64,000 bases of DNA, taken from assembly GCA_051530055.1 (NCBI GenBank), contig CM121343.1:7130021-7194020 (forward strand). Direction: 5' to 3'. The notes below the pieces were generated by a model that was not told where the DNA came from, did not search any database, and was given only the letters and a program-made list of their open reading frames with translations. This document shows, piece after piece, positions 63,453 to 64,000 of the stretch. The DNA is from Neoechinorhynchus agilis. Its lineage: Eukaryota > Animalia > Acanthocephala. How positions within the stretch are numbered: position 1 is the first letter of the stretch; each line of letters begins with the position of its first letter. Position numbers and translations under genes: made by a program.

Positions 63453-64000
63453 TTAAGATCGAAGTAATCCATGCGAAGAGTTCTCATTTATCTGTACGAC
63501 AAAAAATGATTGAATTACCGGACAATCAGTTGTATTGGATCGCTTTATTGGAGCCGGAAAACATACTCGCCATGCTGTTTGCGATAATATGGCCAATGAT
63601 GCTGATGAAGTTGATTGAATTTGCACTTGTGTTCGTCTCCTCTGAGTTGACTGGCGATGTCTTTCCAATATATAATCATCAATTGTTGCTCGTGCTTCAA
63701 CTTCGGGCAAAATCTGAACAACGCCGTCATGTGCTTCATACTTTTTTCTATTTCTGATGTGCTTTTGTACATCGGACTTATAGTTTGCTCGTTGACCGCA
63801 ATATGAACACTTGAACGGTTTCAAATTTCGATGTGCTGCCATGTGAATATAGAACTTATCGGCAGAATATGTGCCGAATTTATCACAAACATCGCAAACC
63901 AATCTGCCTGCCTTTGGAGACATGAGTGTTCTTCGTTTTGAACGGGGATCCGGCTTCGGAATGGGACTTTTTTGTGGTCGTTCGTATGATTCCAACGAAC
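63453..64000 (-). CDS. C2H2 zinc-finger protein, 5' end outside the window
   Basis: CDVC..FYIHMAAH, linker RNLKPF, CSYC..YKSDVQKH. The frame is open to the window edge. Confidence 0.75.
   Translation of the reverse strand, partial: SLESYERPQKSPIPKPDPRSKRRTLMSPKAGRLVCDVCDKFGTYSADKFYIHMAAHRNLKPFKCSYCGQRANYKSDVQKHIRNRKKYEAHDGVVQILPEVEARATIDDYILERHRQSTQRRRTQVQIQSTSSASLAILSQTAWRVCFPAPIKRSNTTDCPVIQSFFVVQINENSSHGLLRS

Overview
Compact, AT-rich invertebrate-animal genomic DNA with mostly 30-60 nt GT-AG introns; the species cannot be determined from sequence alone. Bases 1-25.5 kb are a recently rearranged amplicon of nested direct and inverted near-identical duplications. It carries three prodomain-less kexin/furin-like protease copies, two copies of a prefoldin-6 gene plus an ABCB7/ATM1 3' fragment, and relics of Gypsy, LINE and Penelope-like elements with several minisatellites. 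Bases 28-64 kb hold a shortened twitchin/projectin gene, a Shark/HTK16 tyrosine kinase, a sidestep/nephrin-like Ig gene, a PKA-regulatory-subunit pseudogene interrupted by a 1,980-bp inverted twitchin fragment, and a C2H2 zinc-finger gene. Two signals stand out. (1) Five sequence-unrelated 52-79 nt elements share one architecture (TA direct repeat, end-to-end hairpin, no GT-AG ends). They break the reading frame of conserved genes (Shark x2, prefoldin 6, furin-like, sidestep-like) and restore it exactly when removed, suggesting a second non-canonical intron or IES-like excision system alongside ordinary introns. (2) A complete hammerhead ribozyme core at 60068-60140 has its three strands in a non-circularly permuted (pseudoknotted) order. 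All alignments were done by eye against remembered family consensus sequences.
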